A stretch of DNA of 64,000 nucleotides. Origin: Candidatus Moraniibacteriota bacterium (lineage in GTDB: Bacteria; Patescibacteriota; Minisyncoccia; Moranbacterales; GCA-2747515). The translations under genes were made by a program, and so were the position numbers. Positions 19,370-28,371 of the stretch are shown here, one piece after another. The notes under the pieces are model-generated. The model ran no database searches, was not told where the DNA came from, and worked only from the letters and a program-made list of their open reading frames with translations. The stretch covers positions 3,438-67,437 of the forward strand of contig JBBQZC010000006.1 in assembly GCA_038208115.1 (NCBI GenBank), read 5' to 3'. Numbering within the stretch: the first letter of the stretch is position 1; each line of letters opens with the position of its first letter.

Positions 19370-19807
19370 ATGGTGAAAAAGATCATGTTATGTGTAGTAT
19401 TGGCAATTTCCTTTTCGGCTGATTGTTTTGCTTCTCGCCATATCACATCTGATGATATCAAAATAATCTCACCGTGTGTTGTGAGATTTGATGACATCCA
19501 AATTTGTGGCAGAGGAAATGTCGTATTGGAATTTTCTGTTGATCCGAAGATTATTAACGAAACAGAAAATTCTCGTGAGGCAAGTCTGATTATGTGTCGT
19601 TCAAAAGATGACGTGATGCAATTGTTAGCAGAGCAAGATGGATCATTATCACACAATGTGACAATTACTCATCAAATTGAGGATATTAAAATGCTGTATA
19701 TCGTTCGCAATGATACGCATATTTATGCACGACCGATGACAGAAAAGCTCTTTAGTGAATATCTTTCTGGCAGAGAAAGATATTATAAATGGTTTGGTAA
19801 GAAGTAG
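19370..19807 (+). CDS. Small secreted protein (paralog B)
   Basis: RBS 'ggagg' 8 nt upstream. Signal peptide 'MVKKIMLCVVLAISFSADCFA'. Homologous to ORF 18669. Confidence 0.65.
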   Translation: MVKKIMLCVVLAISFSADCFASRHITSDDIKIISPCVVRFDDIQICGRGNVVLEFSVDPKIINETENSREASLIMCRSKDDVMQLLAEQDGSLSHNVTITHQIEDIKMLYIVRNDTHIYARPMTEKLFSEYLSGRERYYKWFGKK

Positions 19808-19818
19808 AGTCAAATAAT

Positions 19819-19861
19819 TAACCGATCACATACATAACGCGATGTGATCGGTTTTCTTTTT
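19819..19861 (+). terminator. Rho-independent terminator
   Basis: 'aaccgatcacat..atgtgatcggtt' stem followed by 'ttcttttt'. Confidence 0.6.
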
Positions 19862-19906
19862 CAGAAGAAAAAAGTTGTTTGTGGTATAATAAGTGTATTA
19901 AATGTT

Positions 19907-19939
19907 TTGTTACCTTATGACTTCTCGTTCGTTATATAT
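19907..19939 (+). promoter_or_regulatory. ECF-sigma-type promoter motif copy 2: TTGTTAC-N16-CGTTATATAT (preceded at 19882-19890 by an extended -10 TGgTATAAT)
   Basis: Exact motif with the same spacing. It lies ~90 nt upstream of ORF 20030. Confidence 0.6.
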
Positions 19940-20029
19940 AAGTTACACAAAATGTATTACAAGTAATCATTAACAATGTAAAAATACAAATATAAAAAAT
20001 GTTATTCAAAATTTTTATTAATTAAAAGA

Positions 20030-20596
20030 ATGATTATGAAGCACAATTTACTTATAGCAATCCTCCTTATCATCGGCGCAATTCTCATCAGTGCTGTGGT
20101 CTATACAGCGATGAAAACACGTGACATTGCTGCGCCAGAAATGACGAAAGTCAGCATAATGAAGAAAAATAATTCAATGAATGTAAACAATGAGATTAAC
20201 TCAAATGGAGAAGTTGCATATAAAATATATAAAAATGAAAAATATGGATTTGAAGTCACGATACCTAGTGATTGGGTAGTTGGTGATCCAGAGGTTGTAG
20301 ATAGTGCTATCGATGACAAGGGACAGCTAAATATGTATATGATTAGTTTTTTAGCAAAAAGCAAAGGTGAAATGATCGATGTAATGGATTTTATTATTAC
20401 TGCAAAAGACGATGTAAAAAGATGTGATGAGATCATGCTGTGTAATGTTGGTGGAGAGATGGCACAAGGTAATGGATATTATTATGGAATTACACATGGC
20501 TTTCAAGATCAACAATATGTGGATGAATATATAACAGGAACAAATATTAACGAGGAAGGAGTAAAAATACAAGAGTCATTTAAGTTAATCAAATAA
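20030..20596 (+). CDS. N-terminally anchored exported hypothetical protein (family member 2)
   Basis: 'MKHNLLIAILLIIGAILISAVVYTAMKTRDIAAPEMTK' signal anchor. The first 116 nt are identical to ORF 20608. Confidence 0.6.
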   Translation: MIMKHNLLIAILLIIGAILISAVVYTAMKTRDIAAPEMTKVSIMKKNNSMNVNNEINSNGEVAYKIYKNEKYGFEVTIPSDWVVGDPEVVDSAIDDKGQLNMYMISFLAKSKGEMIDVMDFIITAKDDVKRCDEIMLCNVGGEMAQGNGYYYGITHGFQDQQYVDEYITGTNINEEGVKIQESFKLIK

Positions 20597-20607
20597 ATTA
20601 TTGAATT

Positions 20608-21546
20608 ATGAAGCACAATTTACTTATAGCAATCCTCCTTATCATCGGCGCAATTCTCATCAGTGCTGTGGTCTATACAGCGATGAAAACACGTGACATT
20701 GCTGCGCCAGAAATGACGAAAGCTGGGGTGTCTGTACGAAAAAATAAATCGGCAAAAGACGAAATGAAAACGGAGGGAAGTACAGTTTCGTCAGGGTATA
20801 AAAATGTACGTGTGAGTGATGGTATAGTGAATTTTTCATTTGAAGTGCCAGAAAAATGGCTTACAGAGACACGACATTCGGGAGAAAAACAATTGACCAT
20901 AGATGAGATGCGTGAGTTTCTCGCAACAAATTTTGATGGTGACATCAAGGGAGGGGAGGTTTGTCAGGATTGGGAGGAAGAAGATGCAGATACAGGAAAG
21001 ATAACAATAAGAAAGCATTGTGGCTTATTATCATCTGATTACACTGATTTGGCATGGAATGACATTAAGGCGATGAGTGATAAAGAGGTGAAAGATAATT
21101 TTTTTCGAAAAGAGGATGATAAGGATGTTTTTCCAAACGCATCTGTTACTGCAAATGATTTCATTTGGTATACGGATATAAGTTGGGCACAGATTGATTT
21201 TCAGATTGTTGATGAATCTGCTGAATGGGTTGTCGCTAAAGTAAGGAAAGATGATAAAAAATGGTGTGATGAAAATGGTGCGGATATGGCTGGCTGTGGC
21301 GATAATATGTCAAAATGGGCAAAAGCAATAATTGATGGTCAAAATGTTGATTTTGAAACATATGCTACTGACAAAGATGAAAATGGAAATGAATCAATTA
21401 CTAAAGGTGGTTCAGGGGGAAAGATGTATTATATCTCGATACCAAATTCTACAAAATCGTTGAAAATTTGGAAACAAGCTAAAGGCGAACCACAATTTGA
21501 AAAAGATTTTGAGCATCTTATTCAAACATTTAAATTCACTAAATAA
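20608..21546 (+). CDS. N-terminally anchored exported hypothetical protein (family member 3)
   Basis: Same 38-aa N-terminus as 20030. The C-terminal domain is unrelated. Confidence 0.6.
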   Translation: MKHNLLIAILLIIGAILISAVVYTAMKTRDIAAPEMTKAGVSVRKNKSAKDEMKTEGSTVSSGYKNVRVSDGIVNFSFEVPEKWLTETRHSGEKQLTIDEMREFLATNFDGDIKGGEVCQDWEEEDADTGKITIRKHCGLLSSDYTDLAWNDIKAMSDKEVKDNFFRKEDDKDVFPNASVTANDFIWYTDISWAQIDFQIVDESAEWVVAKVRKDDKKWCDENGADMAGCGDNMSKWAKAIIDGQNVDFETYATDKDENGNESITKGGSGGKMYYISIPNSTKSLKIWKQAKGEPQFEKDFEHLIQTFKFTK

Positions 21547-21555
21547 TCTATTTGC

Positions 21556-21592
21556 AAAAAAATCCTGTTACCTATAAATGACGGGATTTTTT
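21556..21592 (+). terminator. Rho-independent terminator
   Basis: 'aaatcctgt..acgggattt' stem followed by 'tttggtg'. Confidence 0.5.
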
Positions 21593-21665
21593 GGTGTTTG
21601 TGATATAATAGGTATATAAAAAATAAATACATAAGAAAAAAATCATCATATATTATAAGAATATT

Positions 21666-21698
21666 TTGTTACTTTTTCGCTTGTGATTCGTTATATAT
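21666..21698 (+). promoter_or_regulatory. ECF-sigma-type promoter motif copy 3, directly upstream of the sigma-factor gene (probably autoregulatory)
   Basis: Exact TTGTTAC-N16-CGTTATATAT. The -10 ends 2 nt before the first in-frame ATG (21700). The functional start is therefore probably the ATG at 21736, which is preceded by a GGGGGAAG RBS. Confidence 0.6.
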
Positions 21699-21735
21699 TA
21701 TGGATACAGTAAATAATAATGTGGGGGAAGATCGT

Positions 21736-22317
21736 ATGGATACATCAGTACAGCGGGATCATCTTGTTGAAGAAAGTATGTGGATCGAGCATTGTCAGCA
21801 GGGACAGATGGAGGATTTCGGACAGATCTACGACACATATGTACGTCGGATCTACGACTTTATCTATTTCAAGACACATCATAAGGAAACGGCAGAAGAC
21901 CTCTGTAGCAAAGTGTTTATGAAATGCCTTGAAAATATCCAGAGCTATAATCGTACACAAGGCACATTTAATTCATGGATTTATCGCATTGCCACAAATA
22001 CGGTGATTGATCATTATCGGACACAGAAAAGTCACAGTGGCATAGAAGATGCATGGGATATCGCAAGTGGAGATGATCTCATGCGAGATGTAGAAAATCA
22101 AGAGAAATTTCTCGCAGTTGAAAAGTACATGCGAGACCTCAAATCAGAACAGCGCGATATCATCATGATGCGTATATGGAGTGGCATGAGCTATCAAGAG
22201 ATTGCGGATATTATCGGTAAGAGTGAAGATAATTGTAAAATGATTTTTTCACGAGCAATCGGCAAAATGCGTAAAGATGTGATTATTGGGTTTCTCGCGT
22301 ATTTCTTTATGAACTAA
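21736..22317 (+). CDS. ECF-type (group 4) RNA polymerase sigma-70 family factor
   Basis: Region 2: 'ETAEDLCSKVFMKCLENIQSY..FNSWIYRIATNTVIDHYR'. Region 4: 'EQRDIIMMRIWSGMSYQEIADIIGKSEDNCKMIFSRAIGKMR'. The track ORF 21700..22317 includes 12 extra N-terminal codons that overlap the promoter. Confidence 0.8.
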   Translation: MDTSVQRDHLVEESMWIEHCQQGQMEDFGQIYDTYVRRIYDFIYFKTHHKETAEDLCSKVFMKCLENIQSYNRTQGTFNSWIYRIATNTVIDHYRTQKSHSGIEDAWDIASGDDLMRDVENQEKFLAVEKYMRDLKSEQRDIIMMRIWSGMSYQEIADIIGKSEDNCKMIFSRAIGKMRKDVIIGFLAYFFMN

Positions 22318-22359
22318 TGATCATTTGTAAAATATATTAATTTTCTAATTAGCGACAAT

Positions 22360-25300
22360 ATGAATCAGTTGATTGAGGAGATCATTCACGATCTCTATGC
22401 ACTGGATAAAGATCTAATCACTTATGATGCGCATGTGAGAAAAATTGTAGAACAAATTATCGCTACAAAACCAGATACGCAATTTGATGATGCATTTAAA
22501 TTGCAATTGCGCAGCGAGATCATGCAGAAGATTGCAGAATTAAAAGAAAATGAAAAAACTGAAGTAGAAGAAGCACCTATTGAAAAAGAATATTTTTTGA
22601 AAAATTTTTTCTCATCACGATGGGTTTTTGTTGCACCAGTTTTTGCTGTTGTGATGGTCATGATCGTTTTGGGATATGCACAATATAATAAAAATGGTGG
22701 TATTTATATAACAAAACAAAATGTACAGTTTGCCTTATCACCAACACAAGCAGACATTGTAGGCGTTGCCCCAGAAACGCATTTTATACTTCGCACATCC
22801 AAGGATGTGTCACATACAACAATAAAAAAGGTGATTGCATTTGATCCTGAAATCGAATTTACAGTAAAGAAAAAAGAGCAATCCGTTTCCTTTATTCCAT
22901 CGGCACGTGCTGCGGAAAATGTGAACGATGGAGATTTGTCATACCAATATGAGATTATTCCTACGGAAAAATTGACGGAAGATCAGATATATAAGATTAC
23001 CGTGAATAATGATAAAATCGCGGATCGTGATTATCAATGGGCTTTTCAGGTAAAAGCACCATTTGGTGTTGTATCTTCAATCCCAGGAGATAAAGGGGTT
23101 GGTGTGCCTGTGGAGTCTGGTATTGAAATACAATTTAATCGTCAATTGTCACAGGATATTTCTCATAACTTTTCAATTACTCCTTCTATAAAAGGTGAAT
23201 TTGACGTGCGTGCAGATCGATTGTATTTTCATCCAACGGAATTATTAGTACCAAAAACAATATACACTGTCACAGTCGAAAAAGGTTCTATCGCAAAGGA
23301 TAATGGGGATGTGATGGAAAATGACTATGCTTTTGCGTTTGAAACAGGTTCAAACGATTCGGACACCTCTTTTTATGATTATACATTTGAGCTAGGTGAA
23401 TCGACAGTTTCTGTTACGCCAGACATGCATCCAATGGTCAGTATTTTGTATGATACTAAAGGAACATTTGATGTATCTTTGTATAAATTGGAAAACATGG
23501 AGGATTATATGCATCGCGTCACACTTCAAAATAATTGGGATCTCATGTGGACAGATTATCATGATCAAAATGACCTATCTGCATATAAACCAGCGGAAGA
23601 CCATAAGATTCTATCGATTCAGGGAGAGTTGATTGACGATATGTATTTTGACATACCTGAAAATTTGGCAAATGGATATTATTTCTTTACGATCACAAAA
23701 AATGATATCACGCGAAGCGGATGGGTCGTAAGCTCGGACATTGCACATTATTATTCTCTATCAGAGGATAATGGCATGATGTGGATATATGATTTCATGA
23801 ATAAAAAACCGATTCAAAATGCACGCATTACACTTCGCAATGATGAACAAAATGTTGATGCACTTGGACAATCAAATAATGATGGTCTTGCTATGTTCAC
23901 AGTGCCTAAGAGCTTGGAGGAATCTGCAGATGAAACGAAACCGCAATTTTTTGTAATCACTTCTGAAGAAGGAAAATCAGTCGCAATTGGTGCAGATTCA
24001 GTATACTACTCAAAAGGTAGTGCAGAGAACTATTATTGGACATATTTATCTACAGATAAAAATAAATATCATAAAACTGACAAAATCAATTATTGGGGCA
24101 TTATTAAGTCACGGAATAGTGATCGTATCAATAGTGCCGTCACAGTCGGATTGTATCAAGGATGTCCAAATAATGTATACAGTACGGATAGTGATAGTGA
24201 ACCCATTATTGTGCAAGAACTTTCAGTGTCGGATTTTGACACGATTAGTGGAGAAATGTCATTGGAAAATGTGCCTGCATCGTCGTATTGTCTCGCTGTT
24301 GTGGATCACACAAAGAAAGAAACAATCACCACACAATGGATTTCTGTAGAATCTTATCAAAAACCTGCATATCAGATCACAGTTACACCATCCACGCCAT
24401 CGATCTATGCTGATGATAAAATGACATTTGATGTACGCGCTTCATTTTATGATGGAACGCCTGTGTCCTTACAAAAATTAAAGTATTCTCTTATAGGAAT
24501 TGAATCATTAGATGGAGAGCTCATATTAGATGAGTCTGGAAACGGAAAATTTGAATATCAACCAAAATATGACGATTCATATATATATTATCCAGTGGAA
24601 ACGACTATTACGTTTTCTCCTGCGGTCGCTGAAGAAGGCGACATGTATGGTCGTGCACATGTGAATGTATTTGGTCCAAACATATATGTATCATCTGAAG
24701 AAAAAAAGATTGCATCTGATACGTATGAAGTGCGTGTCCATGTAAATGAAGTAGTTTTGCAAAATCATTCGCAGGATGAAGAAACGGCAATGGACTCGTA
24801 CATTGGCGATGGCGTAAAAGATCATTCTGTAAATGCGAAGTTGATCGAACTGACATATAGAAAGAAAGAAGTGGGTGAATATTATGATTATATTACCAAG
24901 ACGCAGAAGAAAGAATACGAATATACACAAGAAGAAAAAACGATTGAAAAATTTTCTGGAAAAACAAATAATGATGGTGATTGGGTCTTTGAGAAAAGTC
25001 TTGCAGTAAATCCAGATATTTCGTATAAGATCTCATTTGAGAGTAATGACCAGGATGGTCATAAAAGTGTATCAGATACGTATGTTTATCCGAGCATAAC
25101 AGAAAATGATCATCTTAAATTGGAAATGACGGGGGGTAAGCAGTCTGCGGGAATAAACTACTTTGGAGATTATCAAGATTTCTCTTATGGAGATACGGTC
25201 AAGCTTTCTCTCATGACATCTGATGAAGATCGTGCGCTCGATAATAAAATGTTGATTTATCGATATCAAAACAACATTATGCATGCAAATGTTGTCAATG

Positions 25301-27627
25301 GTAACACATATGAAGAAACATTTACAAAAGATCTTGCGCCTTCTGTAAGTTATCGCGCTGTGATCCTGACGCAATATGGATTTCAAGAAACATATGATGC
25401 GGGTGCTTCTGTTTTTCAAGATGATCACGCATTGACGATTGAAATTATTCCATCGCAAGAAAAGTATAAACCAGGTGATAAAGCTGATGTGGCAGTACAT
25501 ATTGTTGATGTGCACGGTAATCCTGTGGTCGCAGAAGTGAATATTTCTGTTGTGGATGAAGCGCTTTTTCAGAATAATTATGATTGGAATACTAAAATCT
25601 TGCAAAAATTGTATCAAAAAATCTTCACGTATTTGACAACAGATTATACACAATACGCATCTCGTTCAAAAGGTGATGCTGGCGGAGGCGGAGGTGGGGA
25701 TGATCGCTCAAGCTTTGTGGATGTTGCACATTTTGAAAATGTCGTTACTAACAAAGATGGAAATGCCAATTTTACATTTGACGTGCCGGATAATTTGACG
25801 GGGTGGCGTGTTATGGCACGTGCATTTGATACACAAAACATGTCTGCAGGACAAAAAAGTATTATAGTGCCTACATCCTTACCGTTTTTTGTAGATGTGA
25901 ATATTGGCGATCTTTATTTATCTGGGGATGAGCCACAAATGAAAATTCGCTTTTTTGGTGAACAATATGATAAAGAACAACCCGTCACATACTCTGTAAT
26001 AAGTGAGGGGCTTCATATTGATGAAACGAAAACAACAAATAATCCGATAAATGATTTTTTACTAGGAAAAATGCAAACTGGAGAATATCAGATCAAAATC
26101 ACGGCCACGCAGGGAGATAAAAATGATTCACTCATTCGACAGATTCATGTAGCTAATAGTGCATCTCAAAAACGAGTGACAAAAGTTTATCCAATTACTT
26201 CTGATTTACATAACATAAAAGGTAATAGCGATGGTTACACAGATATTGTATTTACTGATATGGGTAAGGCAAAGTTTCATAATGCATTACTGCAGAATGC
26301 TGGCGTGACTGGTGTCAGACTTGATCAAATTGTTGCATCACATTTCGCGAAGGAATTACTCACAGTGCAGTATGAACATAGTGATTTCACAGGAGAATTA
26401 TCTTTGCGGAAGTACGAAAGTGGCGATGATGCAGTTGGATTTGGATTGCAATTGTTGCCATATGGAGGTCTCGATATTGAGCTATCTGCAAAAGTTGCTG
26501 ATATTGCGAAGCAAGATGTCAGTCAAGATGATCTGATATCATATTTTGAGGAGAACATGTATAACGTAAATGCGGATATTCATCGAACGTCAAAAGCGCT
26601 TTATGGACTAGCTTCCTTAGATGAAAACGTATTGTATAAAGTAGATGTTGTGAAATCATTTGAGGCGGACCTCACGATTGAGGATAAAATCTATCTCGCG
26701 CTCGCAGAATATAAAAATGGTGACGTGGAAGGTGCAAGACGCTATTATGAAAATGAAATCAAGAAGCACATCATAATAGATAATGATCAATTTGCATGGA
26801 TTGAAAGTGTGAGTGACGGATTAGAAAAAGAAAAATTGACAGCAACTCTCGGCATCCTCGTATCATATATTGATGATCGACCAATGGCTGAAAAAGTGTG
26901 GCACTATATGGAAACACATGCACCGCAGCGTGACGTGATCGACCTTGAACAAGTGATGATGATTGCATCGGAAATTCAGCATATATCGCAAAAAGAAGCA
27001 TCATGTACAGTATCTACAAATAGTCGCGAGTTTTTTGTCGATCTCAGTGATGATAAAGAAAAGACTTTACATGTATCACAAGATGAATTAGCGTCGCTTC
27101 GCTTTACTGATATCAAAGGAGATATCGTGCTTATTGCATCACATGATGATCTTGTGCAAGAGGACGATTCACAAAAAAATAATCCAGCAGTATCTTTGAC
27201 AAGGTCATACGAAGTGGACGGGAAAAGGACAAATACGTTTAAAGAAGGTGATATAGTCGAGGTGCGTCTTACTCCTAAATTTGAGTCTAACGCAGAGAAT
27301 GGTGGATATCAAATTGTAGATGTGTTACCAAGTGGTCTGAAACCGGCGACCGCAGTATTTGATCCAATGACTATATGGAATGATCCAGAAATCATACAGA
27401 ATGACTGTGATCGTATATGGTATGTGGATCGATTGGATGATAATCGTGTGACATTTAGTTTCGACAGTAACTATGTAAAAGAACATGCGTGTGCAGATTT
27501 TTCGATAAGATATTATGCTCGTGTGGCATCGAAGGGTGTATTTGGTGTCGATCATGCAATGATGCAATCGACACAAAACAGGCAAAATTATTTTATCACA
27601 AATCGTGATCAAATCACAATTAAATAA
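22360..27627 (+). CDS. Membrane-anchored alpha-2-macroglobulin/MG-domain-like giant protein (1755 aa) with ~95-aa cytoplasmic N-terminal domain; candidate anti-sigma/sensor partner of the upstream ECF sigma
   Basis: Single TM helix 'WVFVAPVFAVVMVMIVLGYA' at aa ~97-117. A2M-like motifs 'NVVTNKDGNANFTFDVPDNLTGWRVMARAF' and 'AEVNISVVDEALFQ' are present. No CxEQ thioester motif. It starts 42 nt after the sigma gene. Confidence 0.6.
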   Translation: MNQLIEEIIHDLYALDKDLITYDAHVRKIVEQIIATKPDTQFDDAFKLQLRSEIMQKIAELKENEKTEVEEAPIEKEYFLKNFFSSRWVFVAPVFAVVMVMIVLGYAQYNKNGGIYITKQNVQFALSPTQADIVGVAPETHFILRTSKDVSHTTIKKVIAFDPEIEFTVKKKEQSVSFIPSARAAENVNDGDLSYQYEIIPTEKLTEDQIYKITVNNDKIADRDYQWAFQVKAPFGVVSSIPGDKGVGVPVESGIEIQFNRQLSQDISHNFSITPSIKGEFDVRADRLYFHPTELLVPKTIYTVTVEKGSIAKDNGDVMENDYAFAFETGSNDSDTSFYDYTFELGESTVSVTPDMHPMVSILYDTKGTFDVSLYKLENMEDYMHRVTLQNNWDLMWTDYHDQNDLSAYKPAEDHKILSIQGELIDDMYFDIPENLANGYYFFTITKNDITRSGWVVSSDIAHYYSLSEDNGMMWIYDFMNKKPIQNARITLRNDEQNVDALGQSNNDGLAMFTVPKSLEESADETKPQFFVITSEEGKSVAIGADSVYYSKGSAENYYWTYLSTDKNKYHKTDKINYWGIIKSRNSDRINSAVTVGLYQGCPNNVYSTDSDSEPIIVQELSVSDFDTISGEMSLENVPASSYCLAVVDHTKKETITTQWISVESYQKPAYQITVTPSTPSIYADDKMTFDVRASFYDGTPVSLQKLKYSLIGIESLDGELILDESGNGKFEYQPKYDDSYIYYPVETTITFSPAVAEEGDMYGRAHVNVFGPNIYVSSEEKKIASDTYEVRVHVNEVVLQNHSQDEETAMDSYIGDGVKDHSVNAKLIELTYRKKEVGEYYDYITKTQKKEYEYTQEEKTIEKFSGKTNNDGDWVFEKSLAVNPDISYKISFESNDQDGHKSVSDTYVYPSITENDHLKLEMTGGKQSAGINYFGDYQDFSYGDTVKLSLMTSDEDRALDNKMLIYRYQNNIMHANVVNGNTYEETFTKDLAPSVSYRAVILTQYGFQETYDAGASVFQDDHALTIEIIPSQEKYKPGDKADVAVHIVDVHGNPVVAEVNISVVDEALFQNNYDWNTKILQKLYQKIFTYLTTDYTQYASRSKGDAGGGGGGDDRSSFVDVAHFENVVTNKDGNANFTFDVPDNLTGWRVMARAFDTQNMSAGQKSIIVPTSLPFFVDVNIGDLYLSGDEPQMKIRFFGEQYDKEQPVTYSVISEGLHIDETKTTNNPINDFLLGKMQTGEYQIKITATQGDKNDSLIRQIHVANSASQKRVTKVYPITSDLHNIKGNSDGYTDIVFTDMGKAKFHNALLQNAGVTGVRLDQIVASHFAKELLTVQYEHSDFTGELSLRKYESGDDAVGFGLQLLPYGGLDIELSAKVADIAKQDVSQDDLISYFEENMYNVNADIHRTSKALYGLASLDENVLYKVDVVKSFEADLTIEDKIYLALAEYKNGDVEGARRYYENEIKKHIIIDNDQFAWIESVSDGLEKEKLTATLGILVSYIDDRPMAEKVWHYMETHAPQRDVIDLEQVMMIASEIQHISQKEASCTVSTNSREFFVDLSDDKEKTLHVSQDELASLRFTDIKGDIVLIASHDDLVQEDDSQKNNPAVSLTRSYEVDGKRTNTFKEGDIVEVRLTPKFESNAENGGYQIVDVLPSGLKPATAVFDPMTIWNDPEIIQNDCDRIWYVDRLDDNRVTFSFDSNYVKEHACADFSIRYYARVASKGVFGVDHAMMQSTQNRQNYFITNRDQITIK

Positions 27628-27629
27628 AA

Positions 27630-27661
27630 GAAAAAAGCACTGTATATCGCAGTGCTTTTAT
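27630..27661. terminator. Bidirectional rho-independent terminator between convergent genes
   Basis: 'aaaagcactg tatatcg cagtgctttt' with an A-run upstream and a T-run downstream. Confidence 0.6.
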
Positions 27662-27957
27662 AAAAAGCCAATCTCCATCTTTGCTTCATCAGTCATCATG
27701 TCGGGTGTCCATGGGGGATCAAATGTCAGCTCGATCTCAACATTTTTAATTGCAGGGTCTTCTTTGAGTATGTCTACGATATTGTCGTGAATCACATCGT
27801 AGAGAGGGCATCCAATCGTCGTGAGAGTCATAGTAATTTTGATACTTTCATCTGTAATATAATATGCTTCATAAATCAATCCCATATCAGTGATAGGGAT
27901 GTTTAGCTCAGGATCAATGACTGATACAAGTTTTTTTAGGATTTCTTTATTTTTCAT
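27658..27957 (-). CDS. DUF59/MIP18-family Fe-S assembly protein (SufT-like)
   Basis: 'VIDPELNIPITDMGLIYE..TLTTIGCPL' is the DUF59 signature. The start is placed at MKNKEIL (ATGA overlap with the sufU stop). The track ORF extends to 28017. Confidence 0.65.
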   Translation of the reverse strand: MKNKEILKKLVSVIDPELNIPITDMGLIYEAYYITDESIKITMTLTTIGCPLYDVIHDNIVDILKEDPAIKNVEIELTFDPPWTPDMMTDEAKMEIGFL

Positions 27958-28330
27958 TTGTGGTAATTTTACCATGTGTAATTGCTTTTTGGATTGTTTC
28001 AATCCCGAGCAATGCACATGTGATACGTCCTATGCCGACATCGACACCGAGCAGTGTGATGATGTCATCTTTTGTGAGGGACAAAACATCTGTGATAGGC
28101 ATGTGGAGAATTTTTTCTGTAACTAATGAGGTGGCTGCTTGTGAGATGGCACATCCTGATCCAGTAAATTTGATATTTTGCACAGTATCATTTTTAATGA
28201 TCAATGTGACGGATACGTCGTCTCCACACGTTGGATTATTAGCAGATGTCTTGTGAGTCGGATGATCCAAAATGCCACAATTACGTGGATGATGATAATG
28301 ATCTAAAATATCTTCTTGATAAATGTTCAT
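27947..28330 (-). CDS. sufU: SUF Fe-S cluster assembly scaffold SufU/IscU-like
   Basis: 'NPTCGDDV' and 'GSGCAISQAA' are the conserved Cys motifs of NifU-like N-terminal domains. Confidence 0.8.
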   Translation of the reverse strand: MNIYQEDILDHYHHPRNCGILDHPTHKTSANNPTCGDDVSVTLIIKNDTVQNIKFTGSGCAISQAATSLVTEKILHMPITDVLSLTKDDIITLLGVDVGIGRITCALLGIETIQKAITHGKITTNEK

Positions 28331-28371
28331 ATTTTTTTTGGGCAGAAATTAAATTGTAAGTAGTTAACATT

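Noticed and set aside
21700-21735. The ATG at 21700 as the sigma-factor start (the track ORF)
   Set aside because: It lies 2 nt after the conserved -10 box of the ECF-type promoter motif. The ATG at 21736 has a GGGGGAAG RBS at proper spacing, so the first 12 codons are most likely 5' UTR.
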